NCBI GenBank assembly: GCA_045126095.1
Contig: JBGVOA010000475.1
Span: forward strand, 1 to 40,819
Length of the DNA stretch: 40,819 nt
From: Christensenellales bacterium
GTDB taxonomy: Bacteria; Bacillota; Clostridia; Christensenellales; Aristaeellaceae
Direction: 5' to 3'
Numbering within the stretch: the stretch's first letter is position 1; the number at the start of each line of letters is the position of its first letter. The notes below the pieces were generated by a model, which was not told the DNA's origin, did no database searches, and saw only the letters and a program-made list of their open reading frames with translations. Of the stretch, positions 8,619-19,900 are shown in pieces. The translations under genes were made by a program, and so were the position numbers.

Positions 8619-11600
8619 TGGCAACAAAAAAAGAATTGAAAACGATACTGACGCTGGAGGGCGAGAAGGCATATTCACAGGGCATGCAGCGCATCCAGAG
8701 CGCACTTGGCAATGTTGCCACCGAGCACGCGCTCCTCAACAGTCAGTATGAAAAGGGCGACAAGTCCCTGAGCAAGCTGACCCGCCAGCAGGACATCCTG
8801 CGCCGGAAGCTCGACGAGCAGCGCAAAAAGGTGGAGCTTATCAACAAAGCCTATCAGGAAAGCGCCAAGCGGGGCGAAGAGACAGCCGCAATTACGCAGT
8901 CACTTGCCAGCGATCTCAACATGGCATCTGCCGCCATGAACCGCACCCAGCGGGAGCTGGACGCACTCGGCAAAGAGCTTGAGCACGTCAACTCGCGTAC
9001 ATATCAGTTTGCCGAAAGCATGAAATCCATCGGCGTCAACTCCCAGAGCGTGGGCAGCATGATGCAGACCGTCGGCGATAAGGTGAGCAAGGTCTCCCTT
9101 GCGATCGCCGGCGCGGTGACCGCCACGTCGGTAAAGGGCTGGATGACCCTTGAGGACGAGATGGCCAACGTGGCCACGATCGCTGACACCTCCGAGAAGA
9201 GCCTGTCCGACCTCACCGCCGAGGCCATCGAGGCCTCCAATGTGACCGGCGTAGCCGCGGCGGAGATAGCCAAGGCCCAGTATCAGGCCATATCGGCCAA
9301 CGTGGCCACCGCTGAGTCCACCGGACTGGTCGCCAACGCCGCCAAGGCAGCAAAGGCGGGCGTTTCTGACGTCACCACCGTTATCGACGGCGCGACGTCC
9401 ATAATCAACGGCTGGGGCATTGCCATCGGCGAGAGTGAAGCAGTCTTTGACAAGCTGCTCAAAACCCAGCAGCGCGGCAAGACCACCATCGACGAGCTGG
9501 CGACCAGCATAGGTCAGGTGACCGGCCTCGCGCCGCAGCTCAACATGTCGCTGGATGAAACGCTGGCGGCAGTCGGTGCGCTGACCCAGAACGGCGTAGC
9601 CACCAGCACCGCCATGAACGGTCTGAAGGCTGTCATGAGCTCCATCCTGAAGCCCACCGCTGAGGCAAAAGAAGAAGCCGAGCGGCTGGGCCTCCAGTTT
9701 GACTCCGCAGCCCTCAAGGCCAAGGGCTTCACCGCATTCCTTGCCGATGTCGTCGAAAAGACCGGCGGCAGCGAGGACTCCCTGGCGAAGCTCTTCGGCA
9801 GCGTCGAGGGCCTGAGCCAGATAATGCTGCTTGGCGGCAGCGCAGCCGGTATGTATGCAGACATACTCGACGACCTGGGCAATTCCGCCGGAACGCTCAA
9901 CACGATGTTTGAGGAGAGAACGGCATCTTCCGCCCAGCGCTTTTCTATGGCGCTGAACAAGATCAACAACGCGGCGATATCCCTTGGCGAATCGCTGGCC
10001 CCCATGATCAATGTGGCCGCAGATTCGATCGAGAAATTCGCCGACGCATTACAGGGCATGTCCGCCGAGGAGGCGCAGAGCGTCATCAAAACGGCTCTGT
10101 GGATCGCGGGCATATCTAAGGGCATATCTGTGCTGGGCAGCCTTGTGAAGCACGCATCGACCGCTGCAACGGCCATAAAGGCCATTGGCACTCTGCTGAG
10201 CCCCGGCGGCGCTGTAATCGGAGGCATCGCCCTTGCCGGTACCGCTATTGCGGGCCTGTCGGCGCTGACAAAAAAGTTCTCCGCCGAGGCCGTGCTGGAC
10301 ATCTCCGTGGATGACTCGGAGCTTGAAAACTACCGCGTGGACACCCACACGCTTGAGGATCCTGTGGCCATCGTAGCCAAGGCAAAGCTGGAGATAGACC
10401 GCAACCTGTCCGATTACAGCACCGATGTGACCGGCTGGCTCAGCGACGGCGAGCGCGAAACAAAAGAAGAGCTTAACAGCTATGTCAACAGGCTCAATTC
10501 CATCATCGAAAAGGCTTACACCTCCGTGAGCGAGTTCCAGACCCAGAAAAAGGAGGAACTGGACGCCCAGCTGGCCGCCGGCCTCATCACTCCCGAGGAG
10601 TATTCCGCATCCCTTGAGACCCTTCAGGGACAGGCAGCGGAGATGGAGGGCGAGCTGACCACAGCTGCCGATGCCGTTATCTCCTATGTCACCACGCTGG
10701 TCGAGGGCAACAAGAAGATCACCGACGACGAGATAAGCCAGCTCAACAGCCTCCTCGAGACGCTGAACAGCACGTCGTCAGCGGTCCTTGACGCCACCAA
10801 TACCGCCAAGCAGGCATACGAATGGGCCTACCAGAAGACCGCCACCGGCATCGGCGGGGAAGAAGACCGCGCAAAGGCTGTCGAATACATCGAATTGCAG
10901 TATCAGACGAATCTGAGCAGCCTACAGTCCGCCGAAAATGCAGTAAAGGCCAAATATGCAGAGCTGGCCGTGGGCGCAACAGAAGCCGAAACAAGGGCTC
11001 TGGCAGAGCAGGAACAGACCGAACTCGCCACCATACAGGAGCAGCTGGCCGCACTGGAAGAGCAGCGCTTGCAGATGTATGCAGAACTTCTGGCAGGCGA
11101 ATTGAAACAGGCAGGCGTTGATATGGCTACTCTTGAGGACGCTGCTGCAAATATGTATGCAACCGAACTGCATGAAGCGCTGCCGGCAACGGAGCGAGTG
11201 TTCAGCCCTTACAAGGACCTGATAGCCGAAACACAGGCCGCAGTCGATGTCATAAACGGCGTTGATCTGAGCGGCGCAAAAGATATCATATCTTATATGG
11301 TCAGCAACGGTGCACTTGCACAGGAAGCGGTTGACACGACCAGCGAAGCACTTATTGAGATGGCTGATATCCTCAGGAAAAGTGAAGAACTGGAAGATGT
11401 TCCCGACGAGTTCAGCAAGGTAGGCAGCAGCGCAGTATCCGGCCTCGACAGCGCGCTCCGCAGCGGCTACACTCCGCTGCGCAACACGATGCATGAGATG
11501 GCCGGCATGATATCCTCCGAGCTCAACGGCATACTCAGCGACATGTACGCCCGTCTCGACGGAGTAAAAAGCTCCTACAGATCTGCATCGTCGTCGAGAG

Positions 11601-11764
11601 TATCGTCCGGCAACAATGCCGCTGCCGCATCGACCTCCAACTCGACCATCATCAACAACCACATCAACTATACAGCCGGAGCCGGTACCCGCCGCGAGGC
11701 CCGCATGCTCAATCAGCGACTCGCGCAGGAGCAGCAGGCTGCGCTGATATCGGAGGGACTATAA
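8618..11764 (+). CDS. tail tape measure protein
   Basis: 1048 aa, Ala/Gly/Ser/Glu-rich and helical. GTG start after GGAGGGAG. Canonical position after the G/GT pair. Confidence 0.95.
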   Translation: MATKKELKTILTLEGEKAYSQGMQRIQSALGNVATEHALLNSQYEKGDKSLSKLTRQQDILRRKLDEQRKKVELINKAYQESAKRGEETAAITQSLASDLNMASAAMNRTQRELDALGKELEHVNSRTYQFAESMKSIGVNSQSVGSMMQTVGDKVSKVSLAIAGAVTATSVKGWMTLEDEMANVATIADTSEKSLSDLTAEAIEASNVTGVAAAEIAKAQYQAISANVATAESTGLVANAAKAAKAGVSDVTTVIDGATSIINGWGIAIGESEAVFDKLLKTQQRGKTTIDELATSIGQVTGLAPQLNMSLDETLAAVGALTQNGVATSTAMNGLKAVMSSILKPTAEAKEEAERLGLQFDSAALKAKGFTAFLADVVEKTGGSEDSLAKLFGSVEGLSQIMLLGGSAAGMYADILDDLGNSAGTLNTMFEERTASSAQRFSMALNKINNAAISLGESLAPMINVAADSIEKFADALQGMSAEEAQSVIKTALWIAGISKGISVLGSLVKHASTAATAIKAIGTLLSPGGAVIGGIALAGTAIAGLSALTKKFSAEAVLDISVDDSELENYRVDTHTLEDPVAIVAKAKLEIDRNLSDYSTDVTGWLSDGERETKEELNSYVNRLNSIIEKAYTSVSEFQTQKKEELDAQLAAGLITPEEYSASLETLQGQAAEMEGELTTAADAVISYVTTLVEGNKKITDDEISQLNSLLETLNSTSSAVLDATNTAKQAYEWAYQKTATGIGGEEDRAKAVEYIELQYQTNLSSLQSAENAVKAKYAELAVGATEAETRALAEQEQTELATIQEQLAALEEQRLQMYAELLAGELKQAGVDMATLEDAAANMYATELHEALPATERVFSPYKDLIAETQAAVDVINGVDLSGAKDIISYMVSNGALAQEAVDTTSEALIEMADILRKSEELEDVPDEFSKVGSSAVSGLDSALRSGYTPLRNTMHEMAGMISSELNGILSDMYARLDGVKSSYRSASSSRVSSGNNAAAASTSNSTIINNHINYTAGAGTRREARMLNQRLAQEQQAALISEGL

Positions 11765-12448
11765 ATGGCTAACATAATGGAGTTTAACGGCACCACCAAC
11801 CTGAGGTATGGTGTGGTCGTCACCTCGCTGCCGCCGATACCCACGCCCGAGGAGCGCGGCGAGGACATCGAGATCCCCGGCCGCAACGGCAGTCTTTGGC
11901 GCGGCGACGGCTCATACAGACCGGTGACCATAACGGTGCCTATCTGGGTGCCGCCAAAGACAAGCCTCACTCAGGTGCGCGGCTGGCTCACCGGCAGCGG
12001 GCTGCTCAAATTTGACAACGGAACACTATACTGGGACGCCAGAGTAAGCGGGGAGACGCATTTCGCTCCCCGCGATTTTTACGAGGGTTATGAGGGCACA
12101 GTCACATTTACATGCCAGCCATTCCGACGGGTGAAGGACGAAGAGATAGTCGTCGACAAGAACCCAATGACTATTAATAACCCGTATTCGGCATATGCAG
12201 AGCCGCTGATCGCCGTCACATGCACGGGCGAATTTACGCTCACGGTCAATGGCACGATCTGCACCATCGCCGATTGCTCAGGCGAGGTAATGCTTGACTC
12301 TGAATTGCAGGAAGCATTTATCGGCAATGCGCTGATCAACGACAAGATGACCGGCGCGTTCCCGGTACTGACTCCCGGCGACAACGTGCTCTCATACGAG
12401 GGCGCTGTAACAAAAATCCGAATAAAGCCGAGGTGGAGAACGCTTTGA
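11765..12448 (+). CDS. distal tail protein (Dit, siphovirus tail component)
   Basis: 227 aa immediately after the tape measure. The N-terminus 'FNGTTNLRYGVVVTSLPPIPTPEERGEDIEIPGRNGS' is typical of the Sipho_tail family. Confidence 0.8.
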   Translation: MANIMEFNGTTNLRYGVVVTSLPPIPTPEERGEDIEIPGRNGSLWRGDGSYRPVTITVPIWVPPKTSLTQVRGWLTGSGLLKFDNGTLYWDARVSGETHFAPRDFYEGYEGTVTFTCQPFRRVKDEEIVVDKNPMTINNPYSAYAEPLIAVTCTGEFTLTVNGTICTIADCSGEVMLDSELQEAFIGNALINDKMTGAFPVLTPGDNVLSYEGAVTKIRIKPRWRTL

Positions 12449-15400
12449 TTAACGTATACGCGCCTACTGCTGACGATTACAGCAATAATGGCTTGCTCGT
12501 ATTGGATCCGTGGTGCGTCTCTGCCAGGATCCGGGAAAAGCTCAACGGCGAATACACGCTGACCCTTGAGCTGGAGATAAATGCGCGCACGGTCGAGGTC
12601 GTCAATGAGATGGTGATCAAGGCCCCGGCCCCTGTGCGCTTTACTCCGCAGCTGGACATCTACACCCCCAGCGCGACGGAGATCTGGAAGGTCAACACCA
12701 ACACCCGCCGCCTGAGCCTGCGCACCAAACCCAGCACGACCACGGGCCGGGTGCTGCATGCCTACAAAAAGGGCACCGAAGTCATCGTCACCGACAAGAG
12801 TAACCCCAACTGGTATGTGGTCGCCGCCCCGGACGGCCGCAGCGGATATATGGAGGTCAGATGGCTGCAATATGTCCGCGACGAATACAGCGCGCCTGTG
12901 ACTACGGGCGTTATCGAGCAGCACAAGACCAAGGAGCAGCTGTTCCGGGTGCGCTCGGTATCGTCCACACTGGACACTATTACGGTGGAGGCCCAGCATA
13001 TAAGCTATGATCTGCGCCGCAATTACATAAAATCCGCTGCCACCAAGGGCAAGGCCGGCGCCGAGGCGTTCCCGGTCATGATGGCCGCTACGCTTTCGGC
13101 CCATGAATTTGACGCCTACAGCGACATTGAAACCGAGATCACCGAGGACATCAAGCGCAAAAACCCCATTGCTGCTCTTTTCTCGGACGGCGGCCTCGTC
13201 TCCATGGCAGGCGGCGAGGTGCTCCGCGACAATTTCGATATCTACTGGGTGCGGCACATCGGTCAGGACCGGGGCGTGACAGTAGCCTATCGAAAGAACA
13301 TGGCCGGCATGGACGTGAAGATCGACACAAACGGCCTTGTCACCCGCATAATCCCGGTGGGCTACAGCAAAAACAATGAGCCCATATACGGCGATCCCAT
13401 CGACAGCCCGCACATTGACGAATATGCCCAGCCCTACATCATGGAGTATGAGTATAAGGACGTCAAGGTCGGCAGCGGCTATAAAACCGCCGCCGAGGTA
13501 AAGACCGAGATCGAGCGCCGGGCGCGGCTGGAATACGACAACGGAATAGATCTTCCTACCGTATCGGCAAGCGTCGATTATGTGGACCTTCAGAATACCG
13601 ACATCGGTGTCGACTTCAACGCCTTCACAGGCGTATTCCTGGGCGATACGATAAGGATTCGACATGAGGATTACCGCTTCGACATTGCGACCGAGATAAA
13701 CGCTTACGAGTGGGACGTGCTGCTGGGCGAGTACGTAAGCCTTGAACTTGGCAGCAAGCAGGCCTCCTTGTCTGATGTGCGCATAAGCCCGTCCCAGATC
13801 GGCAACGGCACGCTCGCCGGACGCAAGCTGGCAGCAGGCACGGTAAGCGGCGCGGAGCTGGGCGAGGGCAGCGTCGGCGAAAACCACATCACAGAAAATG
13901 CTGTAACAGAAAACAAGATCGCCGACGGAGCAGTAACGGCTGATAAGATCATCGCCGGATCCGTCACGGCGGAAAAGATCGCAGCGGACTCCATTACCGC
14001 GGAGAAGATCTCTGCGGAAGCTGTGACGGCTGACAAGATTAAGGCAGGAGCTGTGACTGCGGCAAAGATCGACGCGGGGGCCGTGACGGCGGAGAAGATC
14101 GCATCGAAGAGTATCACCGCCGGGCAGATCTCTACGGGAGCTATTACGGCGGAGTCGGGTATAATTGCCAACGGCGCGATCGGCACGGCTCAGATCGCTG
14201 ACGGCTCAATTACCGAGGGCAAGGTCGTTTCGCTGAACGCGGACGTCATCAAGACCGGCACGCTTTCTGCGGACCGGCTGCTGCTGGCCGGCGACAACGG
14301 CGTTATCTACAAGATAAACGCCACCTCTGCGGGTCTTTCCATGACCGAGCTGTCGAAGGATCAGTACAAGCATTACATCAACGGCACGGTCATCGTGGCC
14401 AAATCCATCACGGCAGCCCAGATCGCGGCGAAGACGATCACCAGTAATGAGATTTTGGCGGGAACCATTACCGCTGCTGAGATAAACGTAGAGAATCTGT
14501 TCGCCAGCGAGGCTACAATACAGGCGCTGAACGCAATGGACATTTCGGGCAACGGCTATCTGAAGCTATATGTGACGAATGCCGTGGATTCAGTTCAGGT
14601 GGGCGGCGTAAATCTGCTCAGGAACACCGGGGATCTGAAGATATCTGATTATGATTTTGACGCCTCCGGCGCGGACGCCATGGGCAGCTACAGCGAAGAG
14701 GACGAAGGATTTCGCATAGTGTGCGCGTCCCAGAACGTGCGCTGGTGGCTGGGAGTTCTTCCGGTAACACCCGGTGCGCAGTACGGCATGTCCGTAAGGT
14801 ATAGGATGAATTCCGGCGCAGCGCCGGTGGAGTTCCAGTATGTATACCGCAACTCCTCCCATGAGGCCGTGTACTATCAGACTTCGGCAAATGCCGTGCA
14901 GACCGTGCGCACAGAGGACGGCTGGACTGTGCTGATGGATGTGATCACTGTGCCGTCGGAAAATGATATAACTGAAGTGCGCCTCGCGGTGCGCACGGGA
15001 GAGGATTACAAGCTGTACACCTGTGATTACAGCATAAAGAAACCGAAGCTTGAAGTCGGAAACCGGGTGACGGACTGGTCGCCTGCGCCTGAGGATACCG
15101 ATGAGGACATCACATCGCTGCGCAGCGAGATAAACCTGATCCCGGGAAAAATAACACTTGCGGTGAACGAGGTACAGGTAGGCGGGACTAATCTCATTAA
15201 GACCGCAATGGATGATCTTATATCAGTGAGCGTGGGCAGCAAGTGGCGCGATGATAACAAGACCTATTACCAGCAGAGCGGACTTGGCATGCGCATGGAG
15301 CCGCACACCGGCGAGTATAACATACTGCACTTTCTCAGCCCTGTGCTCTTGTCGCCCGGAAATTACATGCTTAGCTTCTGGTGCTGGACATACGCTATCG

Positions 15401-16986
15401 ATATTCAGCCCACAGTACGCTGTAATCTGTGGAACGGCAACGATCGCGATCATTATTTCAGAGACATCAAGCCTACTGCGAATGACCCCGTCAAGTACGA
15501 GATACCTATTGCGGTGGATTACACAGATTCCATGTATCTCAGGTTTGTTGTCCCGGAGCAGTGGACAGCCGGATACATATACTTCACAGACGTGAAACTG
15601 GAGAAGGGAAGCAGGGCGACGGACTGGTCGCCCAACCCCGAGGAGTTCCGTGCAGGCAGCGCGGTAACGCTTACGGAGGATGAAGTCAGGATCTCCACGC
15701 CGGAGTTCAATGTGGAGATAGTGAGCGACGACGGCGAGACCAACATGCTTTCCATAGACAAGGACGGCGCGCGGATGCAGTCGCTTGTGGCCCCGGACGT
15801 TGCGCCGCGTTATAACGGGCCCGCAGCGCTGTTTGTGAACAAGTCGGCAACGTCGGAACAGATCGCATCAGGCAACTACTACCGAAGTCTGGCAGATGCG
15901 CTGGCGGCGCTGAGCAACAGATGGATCGGCAATGATGTGGAAGTATCTGTGGCTGCGGGTACTGTCGAATACGGCACTGTGACGCTACAGGGAACAGCCG
16001 GAAGCGGCATGATAACAATCACGGGAGATCTAACCAACCATGCAAAACTGGTGGGTAAGCTGCGGGTAGTATACAGCGGGTGCCCTGTAGTGCTGCAAAA
16101 TATGAATGTAGATTCAATGAGCGGCAATGTGGGCATTGAATGCGCAGGCTCTCAGACCATGGTGATCGTTGAGAATTGCGTGATCACCGGCAAGGGCGTA
16201 GGTGCGGCCGGTGGCAGAGGCGTGCTCGCATTCAGAGGCGCAAAGGCCGACGTGCACAGCTGCGAGCTGTACGACCATGAGAGGGCGCTGTACGCCCAGC
16301 AGGCGGGCGCTATACAGGCCTATGACTGCAAGGGCAACTGCAAGATCGGCGTGAGCAGCGGCATTATCCATGCGTCAGGCACTATGCCCGACACAACGAC
16401 AACCTTCGCGCCTGCAAAGTGGGCGGGCGAAGTGTTCGCAAGCAACGTAAGCGTGGATCAGGGTTCCAGACCTTCTACCGAAGCCGAACCCACGACCGTC
16501 AATGTGACGGCCAGCGCCACGGACTCCTGGTACAGCGCATCGGGAGCATGGCTGAATCAGGACAACGTTATCCGACAGGGCTATTACAGCGGCATGGGCG
16601 AATGGTCGGGCTGCTTCTGGTTCCCGACGGCATCCTTCGGCGGCAAGACCATCAAGACCGGCAGTCTTACGCTCACGCGCACCGCAGGCTCGGGCAAGAG
16701 CGGCGAGGTGACGCTCACACTGTACGGCATAACCGTCGCGTCCGCCTCCGGCGATCCCAATTCGGGCCGGGTGAGCTACGGCGCGCTGGGCACTATCGCC
16801 AATGGCGAAACAAAGCCCTTCACGCTGCCCGCAGCCGCCGCGCAGGCGCTGGCTAACGGCACGATAAAGGGATTCATGCTCTGCGCAAATGACGGCGCGG
16901 TGATGAGCGGCAGAAAGTATTCGACCAACTACTGCAAGATAGGCTCCGCGGGCAGCACGCTGCCGCAGCTGAGCGTGACATATTGA
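12445..16986 (+). CDS. tail-associated protein Tal (baseplate hub with long host-recognition extension)
   Basis: About 1513 aa. A TTG start at 12445 (6 nt after GAGGTGGAG) is preferred over GTG 12433. Features, in order:
- A prophage-tail N-domain.
- An SH3b-like insert (TGRVLHAYKKGTEVIVTDKSNPNWYVVAAPDGRSGYMEVRWL).
- About eleven 10-aa repeats (xVTAEKIxxx).
- Two CBM-like modules, each ending in KLExG(N/S)RxTDWSP.PE.
- A beta-helix-like segment (NVGIECAGSQ...VIVENCVITGKG...). Confidence 0.85.
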   Translation: MINVYAPTADDYSNNGLLVLDPWCVSARIREKLNGEYTLTLELEINARTVEVVNEMVIKAPAPVRFTPQLDIYTPSATEIWKVNTNTRRLSLRTKPSTTTGRVLHAYKKGTEVIVTDKSNPNWYVVAAPDGRSGYMEVRWLQYVRDEYSAPVTTGVIEQHKTKEQLFRVRSVSSTLDTITVEAQHISYDLRRNYIKSAATKGKAGAEAFPVMMAATLSAHEFDAYSDIETEITEDIKRKNPIAALFSDGGLVSMAGGEVLRDNFDIYWVRHIGQDRGVTVAYRKNMAGMDVKIDTNGLVTRIIPVGYSKNNEPIYGDPIDSPHIDEYAQPYIMEYEYKDVKVGSGYKTAAEVKTEIERRARLEYDNGIDLPTVSASVDYVDLQNTDIGVDFNAFTGVFLGDTIRIRHEDYRFDIATEINAYEWDVLLGEYVSLELGSKQASLSDVRISPSQIGNGTLAGRKLAAGTVSGAELGEGSVGENHITENAVTENKIADGAVTADKIIAGSVTAEKIAADSITAEKISAEAVTADKIKAGAVTAAKIDAGAVTAEKIASKSITAGQISTGAITAESGIIANGAIGTAQIADGSITEGKVVSLNADVIKTGTLSADRLLLAGDNGVIYKINATSAGLSMTELSKDQYKHYINGTVIVAKSITAAQIAAKTITSNEILAGTITAAEINVENLFASEATIQALNAMDISGNGYLKLYVTNAVDSVQVGGVNLLRNTGDLKISDYDFDASGADAMGSYSEEDEGFRIVCASQNVRWWLGVLPVTPGAQYGMSVRYRMNSGAAPVEFQYVYRNSSHEAVYYQTSANAVQTVRTEDGWTVLMDVITVPSENDITEVRLAVRTGEDYKLYTCDYSIKKPKLEVGNRVTDWSPAPEDTDEDITSLRSEINLIPGKITLAVNEVQVGGTNLIKTAMDDLISVSVGSKWRDDNKTYYQQSGLGMRMEPHTGEYNILHFLSPVLLSPGNYMLSFWCWTYAIDIQPTVRCNLWNGNDRDHYFRDIKPTANDPVKYEIPIAVDYTDSMYLRFVVPEQWTAGYIYFTDVKLEKGSRATDWSPNPEEFRAGSAVTLTEDEVRISTPEFNVEIVSDDGETNMLSIDKDGARMQSLVAPDVAPRYNGPAALFVNKSATSEQIASGNYYRSLADALAALSNRWIGNDVEVSVAAGTVEYGTVTLQGTAGSGMITITGDLTNHAKLVGKLRVVYSGCPVVLQNMNVDSMSGNVGIECAGSQTMVIVENCVITGKGVGAAGGRGVLAFRGAKADVHSCELYDHERALYAQQAGAIQAYDCKGNCKIGVSSGIIHASGTMPDTTTTFAPAKWAGEVFASNVSVDQGSRPSTEAEPTTVNVTASATDSWYSASGAWLNQDNVIRQGYYSGMGEWSGCFWFPTASFGGKTIKTGSLTLTRTAGSGKSGEVTLTLYGITVASASGDPNSGRVSYGALGTIANGETKPFTLPAAAAQALANGTIKGFMLCANDGAVMSGRKYSTNYCKIGSAGSTLPQLSVTY
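13885..14230 (+). repeat. 30-bp in-frame tandem repeats inside Tal
   Basis: Degenerate 30-nt units (for example gcagtaacggctgataagatcatcgccgga, tccgtcacggcggaaaagatcgcagcggac) encode the AVTAEKI-type decapeptide repeats. Confidence 0.8.
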
Positions 16987-16999
16987 GAGAGGTGAGAAA

Positions 17000-19900
17000 A
17001 TGGATGAATTTGAGGTAATCGGTGGACGACAGCTATACCAATGGGACACGGATCGCAGCATCGAGGTCAGACTCTGCGACGGCGAGACAGTAAATGAGGT
17101 ACATTATGCACATGCAGAGGACGATATCGCACCGGTGGTCAAAGTTCAGGATTACGATGGAAGGATGTTTGCGGATATTCCCAATATACTTTTGCAGCGT
17201 TTTGGTACTCTTAAAGTTTGGGCGGTTGTCTACACCGAAGACGGGCGGCAGACTTTGCGGAATGCATATCTTTCAGTGAGAGCGCGTGCTAAACCTGATG
17301 ATTATGTGTACACCGAGACGGAGATCATGGACTACCGCAAGGTAGCCGAGGATCTGGCGGAGCTGGTACAGCGCGTGGAAGAAATCGAAGAGAACGGCGT
17401 ACAGGGCGGCGGCGCGGTTGCATCGGTAAACGGGAAGACGGGAGAGGTGTATCTGAATGCAGCGGATGTAGGTGCGTTGCCTACCACAGGTGGAAAGCTT
17501 ACAGGCAATCTAACCGTCCCCAGGCTTATAAGTACTGCTGCGGACGCGGATGGAAACATCTACGAAGTTCAATTGTACCCTACGGCTAACGGGGGCCTTT
17601 ACATGCCTTTAAGGCATAATGGAGCAGTTGCGAATGCTATCTCGATGTCGCAGTCTGCAACTACGTTCGGCAAGCCAGTGGCGATAAGCTCTGGCGGTCA
17701 CGGCGGAAAAAATGCCGCCGAGGGCCGTCAAAACCTCAGCTTGTACAGCAAAGAGGAAATCGACGAGAAAATAACAAATACACAGAAAGAAATTGAGCGA
17801 CTTACTGAGGAGATTGCGAAACAAGCCACACCTGAGATGTTCGGTGCAACTGGTGACGGCGTGACCGATGATGCAAGCGCTATTACACAGGCTTTGGCAA
17901 GCGGTCAGAACGTTGTTTTTGATGGCAATAAAACATATGCTGTCGGCTCGACGATCACCATTCCTGCTGATGCGCATGTTGATTTCCGTGGTGCGACGGT
18001 TGTTCCGATGGGAAATCACGATGTTATCAGGGTAATGCCGGGATCGTTCGTAGAAAATTTTATTGTGCGTTGCGGCGGTGTCTCTGGTTGGGATTCGGCG
18101 GCAATCGTGCTTTATGGTGCAGATCATTTCCGCGCAATCAATCCAACGACCATTGCCAACGTCAAGCTGTATTGCAACGAAGGGTCGAACGCAGGACTTA
18201 CTACTAATGGCGTTGGTGTCAAACTGTATGGCGACGATTACGGTCATTTCATTGAGGGTATCACGACCGAGGAAATTAGCACATACGGTTTCGGTGTGGG
18301 TATGCTTTTTGAGGGTGTACCGAATGATGCCGAAAATCCAGCAGGTGGCTTTGTGTTTATTGGCGCGAACAAATTCCGAGGGTATTGGTCTTTTTATGAC
18401 AATGTTGCCATCAAAATGCCATCCATTTTTCCAAAGACACATATCACTAACAACATCTTTACAGATCTACAAATTGAACCGCGCAATAGGCCAAATAAAG
18501 ACGATCAATCCTCTTTCGGTATTTTTTGCAACGGTTTTTCCAACCTATTTGAGGGTTGTCTGTATGACTACTTTTACGGGCATACAGGCGTGTACTTTGG
18601 TAAAGGCAGCAACTCGAATGTTGTAAAGACAACCTCAGGAACTTTTTTTGATCCCGGTTGGATTATGGATTATGGCGTTTGCAACATAGTTACAAAATAC
18701 AGTGCGGAAAATCTCAACCTTGTGCCTTCCATTGCGACCACTCCGCGCATGATTGGTGACCAAGATGACTGTTTTGCTTACATGGACAAACGTGCGACTT
18801 GTACGTTGGAATCGTTAGATGCAAACCCTATTTACGGATCGCTTGCGAATTTGTTCAACCCAGCTCCAACAAAAACAGTGCGATATAGGACAATCAATCC
18901 TAACGAAAACGACAGACGTGCAAAAATCACCATCGAATGCAAAAAAAGCATCAGAAGGCTGGCACAATTGTTCTTGCAGTTTTATACGGCACCAAAGTCT
19001 ATAAGAATCACGTACTACAACGATAAGAGTGCAACGGTTGTTTACGACACTGACAACAACGTCAATACGATTGTAGGCGTTTGCGACTATGTTAAGTATG
19101 GCGAAGATTATCAATACAATGTTGCGAAAATCGTTATTGAACTTGGCGGCTGCAACGCCATTGAGGCTGACGGCTCGGAAACTTACGGCGAGTGGGAAAT
19201 TGTACGCATCATGGGTACGGACAGCTACAACAGCGGTGATGCGTGGCTCGGCAGAGGCGGCGGCGAGGTATACGGAAACGTCTTGTTTAATGCTGGTAAC
19301 GGCGTAGTTTTAACCGCCCCTAACGGCAAATTGTACCAAATTACCGTAGGCGATAACGGTGCTTTAAGCACGACGGAAATTCAGCCGGAAAACATCGAGC
19401 CACCGGAGGTAGCTACGCTCACTCCTACCATGTTGCCCGGTTCGACTTGGTATAACGCTGATGCGTCTGGTGTCGGTCAGAATGAAATAACGAGCGTTAC
19501 CTTTAACGCTGCTTATGAATCAACTGGAACGGAAGACGCAAGTTGGCCTTGTGATAAGGATGTCAACGGCAATATCATGGCATATCGTAACGGAACGGAT
19601 GTAGTGATTAAATCGACAACCGGAAGCGAAGGCGTAAAACTCAACCAGGACAGTAGCTATATGTTTGCTAACGATGGAACGAACGCCAACTTTGCTGCAC
19701 TGACTGAAATAAATGGAACAGAAACTTTGTTGGCCGATGAAAAAACGGACGCAAGCAACTTTTGCAAAAACGCGGCGAATCTTACTGGCATGATTTATGT
19801 ACCGGATGGAGTCACATCGCTTGGTTATGCATTCTCTGGCTGCACCAGTCTTGAAACGCCGCCTGTGCTACCAGACAGTGTGGTAAGCCTTCTCAGCGCG

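Noticed and set aside
10822-11121. Alternative-frame ORFs inside the tape measure, Tal and RBP genes: 10822-11121, 15251-15595, 16419-16856 and 18063-18626.
   Set aside because: They are out-of-frame overlaps within long, well-supported genes. They have no RBS and low-complexity translations.
13885-14230. A regular ~30-bp repeat array that could be mistaken for a CRISPR or other non-coding tandem repeat.
   Set aside because: The repeats are contiguous with no unique spacers. They are degenerate mainly at third codon positions. They lie in frame inside Tal, encoding AVTAEKI-type decapeptide repeats.
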